Part shown: positions 1 to 8,098 of the stretch, one piece after another
Layout: each line of letters opens with the position of its first letter
Numbering within the stretch: the first letter of the stretch is position 1
DNA from: Verrucomicrobiota bacterium
GTDB lineage: Bacteria; Verrucomicrobiota; Verrucomicrobiia; Limisphaerales; UBA11358
Direction of reading: 5' to 3'
NCBI GenBank assembly: GCA_049509875.1
Contig: JBEKZM010000001.1
Location: 107,485-171,484 of the forward strand
DNA: 64,000 bases
Position numbers and translations under genes: made by a program
Notes under the pieces: generated by a model
Told to the model about the DNA's origin: nothing
What the model saw: the letters and a program-made list of their open reading frames with translations, nothing else
The model's database searches: none

Positions 1-20
1 CCAGCCGTCGCGCGCGCACG

Positions 21-141
21 AAAGCGCCGTCGCCGCTGTGCTCTGCCGGCGCAGTCCAAAATCGCCACCGGGACTGCCAGGCGCGTCGCACATCAGCGGA
101 GCATCTTGTACTGCGGTGGCAAGCGAAGCGCGACACCGCTT
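21..141. repeat. Two oppositely oriented arms of a REP-like palindromic repeat family
   Basis: aaagcgccgtcgccgctgtgctctgccggcgcagtccaaa (21-60) resembles the reverse complement of ttgtactgcggtggcaagcgaagcgcgacaccgctt (106-141); intergenic. Confidence 0.5.
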
Positions 142-333
142 GCGCGCGGGCCAACGCTTTCATCTGTCCGTTTCCATTCCGCCCGGATAAAAGATTACTT
201 TACCTTTTAATGAAATGAATTAGCTTTTGCGCCTTGCCGCCGGTGTAGCTTAACGCTAGAGCAGCCAGATTGTATCTGGCAGATGGAGTGTTTAATTCCT
301 CCCGCCGGCTCCAATTACCACCACCCGCACCTC

Positions 334-2172
334 ATGCCTGGAATCGCCGGAATCATCGCCCGCCAGCCCGCCGCCGGCTTCGAGCCCGTTGTGACCTCGA
401 TGGCCGCCTGCCTGCGGCATGAAAGCTTTTACCAAACCGGCGCGTTTGCCGCGCCGGAACTGGGCGTGTATGCGGCCTGGACCGCGCATGAGCATTCGTT
501 TGCCTCCGGCCAGGTCTTTCAAAACGAACCGCAGGATATCGCCCTGCTTTTTTCCGGCGAATGCCACCTGGACCCGGCGGACCGGACTCGGCTCCGGCAA
601 AATGGCCATGCGTTTGCCGACCGTGGCGGCGCCTGGCTCGTTCACGCATACGAGGAGCAGGGCGAAAAGTTTTTTGAAAACCTGAACGGCCTCTTCAGCG
701 GGCTGCTGGTGGACCGGCGGCAGCGGCGGGCCTTTCTGTTCAACGACCGCTACGCCCTGGAGCGGATTTACTGGCACGAGACGCCCGACGCGTTTTATTT
801 CGCCAGCGAGGCCAAGGCCCTCCTGCGGGTCCTGCCGGAGCTTCGCGAATTCGATCGCGAAGGCGTGGCGCAATTTCTCGGGGTCGGCTGCGCGCTGGCC
901 GGCCGCACCTTGTTCCGCGGCGTCCGGCTGCTGCCGGGCGCCTCCCGCTGGACGTTTCAGAACGGCGCCGTCCGGCGCGAAAAATATTTTTCGCCGGAAA
1001 CCTGGGAGGCGCTGCCCAAGCTGCCCGGCCCGGACTACGAAAATCAATTCCGCTCGGTCTTCGAGCGGATCTTGCCGCGTTATTTTGCCTCCGATTCCAC
1101 GGTGGGCATTTCGCTGACCGGCGGCCTGGACACGCGGCTGATCATGGCCTGCCATCCGCACGACGCGCGCCATGAAACCTGCTACACCTTCACCGGTCCC
1201 GCCGGGCGGACGCTCGATGACCGCGTCGCCGCCCGGGTCGCGGCGGCGTGCGGCCTGGAACACCGCCTGCTGCGCCTGGGGCCGGATTTCTTTGCCGATT
1301 TTGCCGCCCACGCGGATCGGACGGTCTTCATCACGGACGGCTGCTCCGGGGTCCTGGGCGCGCATGAGATTTATTTTCACCGGCAGGCGCGGGCGCTCGC
1401 CACCCTGCGGCTGACCGGCAATTACGGCAGCGAAATCTGCCGCGCCATTTCCACCTTCAAGCCGCTCGGCCTGGCCCCGGAATTATTCGCGCCCGGCTTC
1501 CGGCCCGCCGTGAACGCCGCCGCCGCGCAACTGGCCGCGGAAAAAAAGCATCCGGACACGTTCGCCGCGTTTCACGAAGTGCCCTTGAATCTCTTTGGCA
1601 ACCTCGCCGCCGGCCGGTCGCAAATCAGTTTCCGCACGCCGTATCTGGACAACGAACTCGTCGCCCTGGCCTGCCAGTGTCCCCCGGACCTCAAAAAGTC
1701 GTCGCTGCCCGCGATGCGGCTGGTCAAGGCCTGCAGTCCGGCGCTGGACCGCATTCCGACCGACCGTGGATTTATCAGCGACCGCTCCGACCCGGAAATC
1801 CTGGCGCGCCGCGTTTTTGCCGAGGTCACCTTCAAACTGGATTATTGCAGCAACGCCGGCCTGCCCCATCCGTTTGAGCCGCTCGATCCCTGGTTCAAGC
1901 CCGTGGTTCGAGCGCTGGGACTCGCCGGCCTGCATAAATTTTTGAAATACAGCACCTGGTTCCGATCGGAGCTGGCGTCCTATCTCACCTCGAAAATTGC
2001 CGCGGCGCGGAGGCGGGACGACGGATTTTGGGACGCCGGCGCGGTGGGACAAATGGCGGAACAGCACCTTCGCGGCCGAAAGGATTTTCCATCCGAGATC
2101 AACGCGGTCCTGACCCTGGAATCTCTGGAACGGCAGCTCTTTCGCGAACTGCCGCGCGGCTTCGGAAATTAG
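334..2172 (+). CDS. Asparagine synthase (AsnB)-like amidotransferase-family protein of polysaccharide locus
   Basis: N-terminus MPGIAGII (start chosen at ATG 334), GATase-II-like FNDRYALERIY and FASEAKALL, PP-loop SLTGGLDT, RTPYLDNELV. Confidence 0.85.
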   Translation: MPGIAGIIARQPAAGFEPVVTSMAACLRHESFYQTGAFAAPELGVYAAWTAHEHSFASGQVFQNEPQDIALLFSGECHLDPADRTRLRQNGHAFADRGGAWLVHAYEEQGEKFFENLNGLFSGLLVDRRQRRAFLFNDRYALERIYWHETPDAFYFASEAKALLRVLPELREFDREGVAQFLGVGCALAGRTLFRGVRLLPGASRWTFQNGAVRREKYFSPETWEALPKLPGPDYENQFRSVFERILPRYFASDSTVGISLTGGLDTRLIMACHPHDARHETCYTFTGPAGRTLDDRVAARVAAACGLEHRLLRLGPDFFADFAAHADRTVFITDGCSGVLGAHEIYFHRQARALATLRLTGNYGSEICRAISTFKPLGLAPELFAPGFRPAVNAAAAQLAAEKKHPDTFAAFHEVPLNLFGNLAAGRSQISFRTPYLDNELVALACQCPPDLKKSSLPAMRLVKACSPALDRIPTDRGFISDRSDPEILARRVFAEVTFKLDYCSNAGLPHPFEPLDPWFKPVVRALGLAGLHKFLKYSTWFRSELASYLTSKIAAARRRDDGFWDAGAVGQMAEQHLRGRKDFPSEINAVLTLESLERQLFRELPRGFGN

Positions 2173-2173
2173 C

Positions 2174-3049
2174 ATGAACACCTTGATCCTCAAATTGGGC
2201 GCCACCGGCGACGTCGTCCGCACGACTCCGCTCTTGAAACACCTGGCCGGAGAGGTCTCCTGGATCACCGCCGCCAAAAATGTGCCGCTGCTCCAGGGCC
2301 TGGCCCGGACGTTGCGCAGTGTTTCGTGGGAACAGCGCACCCGGTTTTGCGACCGCGAATACGACCTGGTCATCAATCTCGAAGACACGCCGGAGGTGGC
2401 GGAGTTTTTGGCTGAGCTGAAATTCAAAAAGCTCTTCGGCGCTTACGCGGCGAACGGCGCGCTGGCCTACACCGGCGATTCGCGGGGCTGGTTTGATTTG
2501 AGCCTCATCAGCCGGTTCGGCCGGAAGGCCGCCGACCGCCTGAAGCTGGAGAATCGCCGCACCTATCAGGATCTGATCTTCGCGGGCCTCGGCCTGCCCT
2601 TCCTGGGCGAGAAATATCTTCTGCCCGCGCCGGCCCCAACCGACCTGGCCGGCGACGTGGCCCTCGCCCCCAAGGCCGGCACTGTCTGGCCCATGAAAAA
2701 CTGGGCTTATTATGGCGAACTCAAAAGCGCGCTGGAGTCGCGCGGCCTCACGGTCAACGTGCTGCCCGAGCGCGCCAGTCTGCTGGAACACCTGGGCGAC
2801 GTGAAAAACCACCGCTGCCTGGTCAGCGGCGACAGCCTGCCGATGCATCTGGCGCTGGCCGCGGGCACGCGCTGTGTCACCCTCTTCACTTGCACGGCGC
2901 CGTGGGAGATTTATCCTTACGGCATTCAGCGGCAGATCACCTCGCCCTTGCTGGCGGAGTTCTTTTTCCAGCGCGGCCTCGATGAACGCGCCATCCAGGC
3001 GATCTCCGTGGAGGAAGTTCTGGCCGCCGTGCTGGACCAACTGCGATGA
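2174..3049 (+). CDS. Glycosyltransferase family 9 (heptosyltransferase-like)
   Basis: LKLGATGDVVRTTPLL N-terminal motif and SGDSLPMHLALA C-terminal motif. Confidence 0.85.
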   Translation: MNTLILKLGATGDVVRTTPLLKHLAGEVSWITAAKNVPLLQGLARTLRSVSWEQRTRFCDREYDLVINLEDTPEVAEFLAELKFKKLFGAYAANGALAYTGDSRGWFDLSLISRFGRKAADRLKLENRRTYQDLIFAGLGLPFLGEKYLLPAPAPTDLAGDVALAPKAGTVWPMKNWAYYGELKSALESRGLTVNVLPERASLLEHLGDVKNHRCLVSGDSLPMHLALAAGTRCVTLFTCTAPWEIYPYGIQRQITSPLLAEFFFQRGLDERAIQAISVEEVLAAVLDQLR

Positions 3050-4233
3050 ACGGCCAAACCCCACAAATCAGCCTGCTGACGGCCGGCCGCGACCGGCCTT
3101 ATGCGCTCGGCCTGGCGGCGGCCCTCGCCGCGGCCGGAACCGATTTCGATTTTGTCGGCAGCGACGAAGTGGATGGGCCGGAACTGCACGGCTCGCCGCG
3201 GATTCATTTCCTGAATTTGCGGGGCGACCAGACCGTGAACGCCGGCCTGTTCCGGAAAATCAAGCGCGTGCTCGCCTATTACGCCCGGCTCATCCGCTAT
3301 TCGGCCACCGCCCGGCCGAAGATTTTTCACATCTTGTGGAACAACAAGTTCGAGCTGTTTGACCGCACGGCGCTGATGCTCTGGTACAAATTGCTCGGCC
3401 GGAAAATCGTGTTTACCGCGCACAACGTCAACGCGCGGGTGCGCGACGGCGGCGACTCCTTCCTGAACCGCGCCACCCTGGGATTCCAATACCGCCGTTG
3501 CGACCACATTTTTCTGCACACGGAACGAATGCGCCGCGAACTGGTCTCGGCTTTCGGCGTTCCGGCGGGCAAGACCACCGTCATCCCGTTTGGCCTGAAC
3601 AGCACCGTGCCCGATACCGCCCTGGCCGGCCCGGCGGCGCGGCAGCGCCTCGGCCTGGGCCCGAAGGACAAGGTGCTCCTGTTTTTTGGCAATATCGCCC
3701 CCTACAAAGGCGTCGAATTCCTGGTGGCCGCATTCCTGGAACTGGCCGGCCGCCAGAACGACCTCCGGCTCATCATCGCCGGCCGGCCCAAGGGCGGCGA
3801 CGCCTATTGGGCCGGAATCCTGGACCAGATCTACGCCAGCTCCTGGCGCGACCGCTTTATTTTGAAGATCGAGTTCGTTCCGGATGCGGAGACGGAAATC
3901 TATTTCAAGGCCGCGGATGTCCTCATCCTCCCGTACACGCACATCTTCCAGAGCGGGGTGCTGTTTCTGGGCTATAATTTCGGCCTGCCTGCCATCGCCG
4001 CCGACGTCGGGTCGCTGAAGGAGGAAATTGTCGAGGGCCGCACCGGTTACGTGTTCCCGCCGCGCGACACGGCGGCGCTGGCGCGCGCGATCGAAGGCTT
4101 TTTCGCCGGCGATCTGTATGCGCACTTGAAGGAACGCCGCCAGGACGTCCGCGATTTTGCGCGCGAGCGTTATTCCTGGAGCAAGGTGGCGCGCCTGACC
4201 ACGGCGGTCTATGCTCGGCTGAACGGAAAGTAA
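3046..4233 (+). CDS. Glycosyltransferase family 4 (GT-B)
   Basis: FFGNIAPYKGVEFL, ADVLILPYTHIFQSGV, DVGSLKEEI motifs; ATGA overlap with upstream gene. Confidence 0.9.
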   Translation: MNGQTPQISLLTAGRDRPYALGLAAALAAAGTDFDFVGSDEVDGPELHGSPRIHFLNLRGDQTVNAGLFRKIKRVLAYYARLIRYSATARPKIFHILWNNKFELFDRTALMLWYKLLGRKIVFTAHNVNARVRDGGDSFLNRATLGFQYRRCDHIFLHTERMRRELVSAFGVPAGKTTVIPFGLNSTVPDTALAGPAARQRLGLGPKDKVLLFFGNIAPYKGVEFLVAAFLELAGRQNDLRLIIAGRPKGGDAYWAGILDQIYASSWRDRFILKIEFVPDAETEIYFKAADVLILPYTHIFQSGVLFLGYNFGLPAIAADVGSLKEEIVEGRTGYVFPPRDTAALARAIEGFFAGDLYAHLKERRQDVRDFARERYSWSKVARLTTAVYARLNGK

Positions 4234-4237
4234 CTCC

Positions 4238-5422
4238 ATGCGCATCGCCTACCTCGCTCCCTATCAAGGGCCTGCTCTCAACGACCGCCGGCCCATCACC
4301 TTGAACCGCAGTCTCGCCGGCTCGGTCAAAATCGAAGGCTTCGCCCGGCTGTTGCGCGAAAGCGCGCACGAGGTGGAGATATTTTCCCAGGGCGAAGTGG
4401 TGGAACTGGCCCTTAAATTTTATCCGGGATTCACGGAACCCGTCCGGTTTCATCCCGACATTCCGGTGACTTATTCCTCCGCGTTGCCGATCCGCTATCT
4501 CAATGGAATCTGGCAGGGGTCCCGGCTGCTTTCGCTGTTCAAGTCCCGGCATCGCGCGGCGCCGTTCGACCTGGTGATCATTTACAACCTCAAAGTGCCG
4601 CAGGTCTTTTGTGCGGATTACGCCATGAATCAGCTCGGGCTGCCGGTGGTGATCGAGTACGAGGACGACGCCTTCCTGGATATTGGCGGCCGGCCGGACC
4701 CTTCGTTGCGGCCCGGTTATGTCCGGCGCGCGCGCCATATTTTGTCCTCCGTGGCGGGCGGCTTCGCGTGCTCGCCGCACCTGCTCGCCCAGTTGCCGGC
4801 CGGCGCGCCGCGATTGCTGGTGCGCAGCGTGGTGGGCGAATACATCATGCGCGCCAGCGGCAAAACCGAGGCCGAGAAAAAAAACCGGGTGTTGTTCTCG
4901 GGCACGCTTTACCGCACCAAAGGCGTGGCGCCGCTCATCAAGGCCTGGCCGCAGGCGCGGTTGGCCGGCTGGGAATTACATATTGCCGGGGACGGTGAGG
5001 ACATGCAGTCGTTGAAGAAACTCGCCGGCGGCCGTTCCGACATCATTTTTCATGGCCTCGTGCGCGCGCCGGAACTGGCGGAACTTACGTCGCTGGCAAA
5101 AATTTGCATCAACCCCCATGATTTAAGCCGGCAGCCGGGGAACGTGTTTGCGACTAAAATTATCGAGTATCTGGCCGCGGGCGCTCACGTGATCTCCACC
5201 CCCATGGGCGATGTGGAGCCGGAAATCGCCGCCGGCATCACGTTCATGCCGGACAATGCGCCCGAGACGATTGCCCGCACGTTGCAACAAGTAGTCCAAA
5301 CAAACGCCTGGCGGCAAACCGCCGAACGCGCGGTCCAGAACCTGTACCGCCCCGACGTCCTCCGCGCCGCGCTCGACCAACTGATGCGGGCCTCGGTTTC
5401 CAAGGGAAGAACGGACCTTTAA
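4238..5422 (+). CDS. Glycosyltransferase family 4-like
   Basis: FSGTLYRTKGV, KIIEYLAAGAHVISTPMG motifs; operon context. Confidence 0.8.
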   Translation: MRIAYLAPYQGPALNDRRPITLNRSLAGSVKIEGFARLLRESAHEVEIFSQGEVVELALKFYPGFTEPVRFHPDIPVTYSSALPIRYLNGIWQGSRLLSLFKSRHRAAPFDLVIIYNLKVPQVFCADYAMNQLGLPVVIEYEDDAFLDIGGRPDPSLRPGYVRRARHILSSVAGGFACSPHLLAQLPAGAPRLLVRSVVGEYIMRASGKTEAEKKNRVLFSGTLYRTKGVAPLIKAWPQARLAGWELHIAGDGEDMQSLKKLAGGRSDIIFHGLVRAPELAELTSLAKICINPHDLSRQPGNVFATKIIEYLAAGAHVISTPMGDVEPEIAAGITFMPDNAPETIARTLQQVVQTNAWRQTAERAVQNLYRPDVLRAALDQLMRASVSKGRTDL

Positions 5423-5534
5423 TCGAATAGGACAAAACAAAGACCCTCAAAAAAACGAACGGCCGTTGGCCGCCGCTGACATTTCATCCGCCGCGGAGCG
5501 CGGTTTGTCCCCGGCCGCAGCGCGGCTCTTGGCG

Positions 5535-5756
5535 CTAGAGCCGCCAGGTAATACGCGCCTTGTTCAGGTCGTAAGGCGACATTTCCATCTTCACACGATC
5601 GCCGGCGGTGAGGCGCACCCAGCGCTTGCGCATTTTGCCGCAAATAGTCGCCAGCACCACGTGCTTGTTCGATAGTTCCACCCGAAACATCGTACCGGGC
5701 AGGACCACCGCCACAACGCCTTCTACTTCAATATGTTCTTCTTTTGTCTGTGTCAT
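5535..5756 (-). CDS. infA: Translation initiation factor IF-1
   Basis: 73 aa; [42 protein letters not shown]. Confidence 0.97.
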   Translation of the reverse strand: MTQTKEEHIEVEGVVAVVLPGTMFRVELSNKHVVLATICGKMRKRWVRLTAGDRVKMEMSPYDLNKARITWRL

Positions 5757-5824
5757 TTTGTCTTTCGGTCAAATCTGCTGCCATACATTCCTCATTCCCG
5801 GTCAACCACCCGGTCACGAGCAGG

Positions 5825-5864
5825 AAAAAAAAGAACGAGGAATGGTTGCACCCAAACCTCGTTC
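5825..5864 (-). terminator. Intrinsic terminator inside the infA upstream region
   Basis: Minus strand GAACGAGG-16 nt-CCTCGTTC stem followed by T8 (plus-strand A5825-5832). Confidence 0.7.
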
Positions 5865-5998
5865 CTTGGATATTCTGTGTAAATCCAACCTTTTTGCTCC
5901 GCTTTTTCCCGGCGCCCGGGTTTCGAATCATCACCGAACAGAGCTCACTTGAGGATTATCAAGACTTGAAACCAACGAACTATCCAACGACCAACCTG

Positions 5999-6026
5999 AT
6001 AGTAGCTTGCTTTTGAAAAATAGCAA
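5999..6026 (-). promoter_or_regulatory. Putative sigma70 promoter upstream of the infA leader
   Basis: Minus strand TTGCTA-16 nt-TACTAT. Confidence 0.45.
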
Positions 6027-6253
6027 CCGATTTCTCGATGTTTCGCCGCTGGCGGGTGTGGGGACAAGGTCGTTACCCAGCGTAAATCCTTCGCGCGCCC
6101 AATCATCCGCCAACGTCGTCAGCTTCCGCCAACGCGCCAGCGTCCTGGAGTGCGTGCGGCCCCCCGCCGCTGTGGGGCGTGCTCCCGGTTGTGGTGAGGC
6201 AATCAGTTGCGGTTCAGGGAAAGGCCCTTGTTCCATTGGGACCTGCTCACGGG

Positions 6254-6380
6254 CCATGAACTTGCGCAAACCCGGCGCGAACCCAAGGTTCAGACGCAGG
6301 AACAGCGTCTCCCTCTCCTCGGGGGAGAGGGCTGGGGTGAGGGCGGGCTTCTTGCATACCCACCCTCTTAAGTTTCATGG
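6254..6380. mobile_element. MITE-like repeat with CCATGAAC/GTT(T)CATGG inverted ends and central hairpin
   Basis: ccatgaactt (6254-6263) versus aagtttcatgg (6370-6380); hairpin ccctctcc/ggagaggg (6311-6331); second copy at 22706-22877. Confidence 0.55.
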
Positions 6381-6504
6381 GAAGGCCAATTCCCATTGGC
6401 CAACGCTGGGCTGCCTGATTGCCCTCCTCTCAGGCTGGCCGGAACTGCCACGCCCCTTTTACTCATCAATGTTGAATCGGTCTCCAATACGAATTCATTT
6501 CATT

Positions 6505-6561
6505 GGTAGGGCGCGTCACTCCGTGCGCGCCGGCGTCGGTTGCCACTGAACGGCGCGCACG
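6505..6561. repeat. Truncated REP-like element
   Basis: gtagggcgcgtcactccgtgcgcgccg ... cggcgcgcacg; inner arms gtgcgcgccg/cggcgcgcac are inverted, outer right arm missing. Confidence 0.5.
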
Positions 6562-6569
6562 CAACGGAA

Positions 6570-6707
6570 GGCATCGGCTCGCTCAAGTCGCAATCATTCG
6601 ACCGAGCTCTGACCCAAAAGAAACTGGCCGGGAATTTCGGCCTTGAACCTGCTTACATAAGCGACATCGAACGCGGCCTGCAAGTGAATCTGAATTCGCA
6701 GTTATGA
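6570..6707 (+). pseudogene. XRE-family helix-turn-helix regulator remnant (no start codon)
   Basis: Manual translation GIGSLKSQSFDRALTQKKLAGNFGLEPAYISDIERGLQVNLNSQL*; LTQ..LA...G....YISDIERG is the Cro/C1-type HTH signature. Confidence 0.65.
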
Positions 6708-6711
6708 ATGG

Positions 6712-7512
6712 CTAGCCGCGAAATATGGTCTTCCGGTGGAAGTGGAGATATTCTTGTTTTGGGGGCAACGATTTCGAATGAAAGTTGATTTGCTTGCCGG
6801 CAAAGCTGACAAAATCGTGCTCAATCGTTGGTTGGGGCAAGTGTCCGCGCAATTCTTTGCTCAATATGAGCCTGTATTCGTCGTCGAATGTAATGAGGCC
6901 ACAGTCAAAAGCCCCGTCGTGCAAGCGCGACAGGCAAAGTCCGTTTTGAGGTTCAAGTCTCTCCTTTGGGAACGGTTTCCATGGCAAAATGTGGCTTGCA
7001 ACAAGAAAATCTCTGACGCGAACACCAGTCACACAGCATTGTCCATCAAAAGCATTGAGAACCATTTGCCGAAAAAACTGCTGCCCTCGCCGGACGCTGA
7101 CCTGCGCCGTCGTTTCGGTGAGACCTTCCGGTGCTACTGGGAACTTACGTACACGGACACCGACACCCTTAACTAATTCGACCTCATCAGGCTCACCCGA
7201 CGCGAACAAACTTCGAAATGCTTCTTCGCTTTGCGGCGCAAGCACATTCCGCCGCTCCTGAAATTCAGTCCAAATCTCGCGGTCAAGTTTGCTCGCCCCC
7301 GATAATCCTTTACGTCCTCGCGCTTTCACTGCCGGGTCAAGCGATGCGAAATTGCAGAGTTTCATGGCGACGCTTCCTGAAGACCGGTCAAGCCGCTCCG
7401 CAATATCACGAATGACAGGTTGATCTTGGTCGAAATGCCCAAATGGAATTTTCTCATACAGGTTCAACAGCACGAGCAACTCGTTGCGTGTCCATGGTTT
7501 CCTGAGAGGCAT
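6712..7512 (-). CDS. HNH endonuclease, putative restriction enzyme (COG3440-like)
   Basis: MPLRKPWTRNELL N-terminus; RRGQQFFRQMVL, CCVTG..LVASHILPW..NGLCLSRLHDGAFD HNH motif; GC lower than flanks (about 47% in a sampled line). Confidence 0.88.
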   Translation of the reverse strand: MPLRKPWTRNELLVLLNLYEKIPFGHFDQDQPVIRDIAERLDRSSGSVAMKLCNFASLDPAVKARGRKGLSGASKLDREIWTEFQERRNVLAPQSEEAFRSLFASGEPDEVELVKGVGVRVRKFPVAPEGLTETTAQVSVRRGQQFFRQMVLNAFDGQCCVTGVRVRDFLVASHILPWKPFPKERLEPQNGLCLSRLHDGAFDCGLITFDDEYRLILSKELRGHLPQPTIEHDFVSFAGKQINFHSKSLPPKQEYLHFHRKTIFRG

Positions 7513-7601
7513 TGGAGTAGATTGCCAGAACTTCTGTTTGAAACGAAACAACTTAATTCTTGCCCTGCGTCATGAATCTGGCCAGGTGTACATGCCGAAC
7601 T

Positions 7602-7718
7602 ATGGCTGATGTCTTTACCAAGCTGAAGCGGTCGCCGGTGATGTCCCGCAAGAAGATTCAAGCCGCCTTGAACCCATCCCGCTCCGCGTCAGATAGCCCG
7701 CGTCGGGAATCACGATAG
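7602..7718 (+). pseudogene. vsr: Very-short-patch repair endonuclease remnant (internal deletion)
   Basis: Manual translation MADVFTKLKRSPVMSR-KKIQAALNPSRSASDSPRRESR*; first 16 aa match the Vsr N-terminal D.F....RS..MSR motif, catalytic core absent. Confidence 0.65.
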
Positions 7719-7784
7719 TGTCCTGGACAAAATGGCCATCCACTGCGAGCGGGCGGCTCACCGCACCGGGCCCACTCTCATTTT

Positions 7785-7833
7785 AGATGTCACCGTGACA
7801 TCTTAAGTGCAATAAGATGTCACGGTGACATCT
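7785..7833. repeat. Pair of 19-bp palindromes AGATGTCAC-N-GTGACATCT, 30-bp period
   Basis: agatgtcaccgtgacatct (7785-7803) and agatgtcacggtgacatct (7815-7833); each is the exact reverse complement of the other. Confidence 0.9.
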
Positions 7834-7858
7834 CACCTTTCCCGAGGATCTGTCAGAG

Positions 7859-7923
7859 TGGCCGTTGTGATGGACAAAACGACCATCAAGTCCGCCGGGC
7901 ATATGCCGGCGGACTTGCCGCGC
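7859..7923. repeat. Double-hairpin repeat element, copy 1
   Basis: gatgg/ccatc stem and perfect 11-bp stem aagtccgccgg/ccggcggactt; homologous to 17191-17268. Confidence 0.65.
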
Positions 7924-8098
7924 AGCCGGCGTGGGGAAAGGCTCGTCCCGACGCACTGGCGCACTGTTAAAATACGGATGAATACGGTTTATTACGGATA
8001 ATTCGCGAAATTCGTGTCAATGTCTTTGGTCCCCGCCGGCCTTTGCCGCAATCAGTAAACTTGTCCCCCGACCGCCCAACGCTAATACTGTCCGAAAC

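Noticed and set aside
283-333. Longer N-terminus MECLIPP for the AsnB-like protein
   Set aside because: Family alignment begins at MPGIAG (334); the extension does not restore an N-terminal Cys
6007-6549. 180-aa ORF beside the HNH gene as a possible partner protein
   Set aside because: Runs through REP and MITE sequences, starts at TTG and has no recognisable motif
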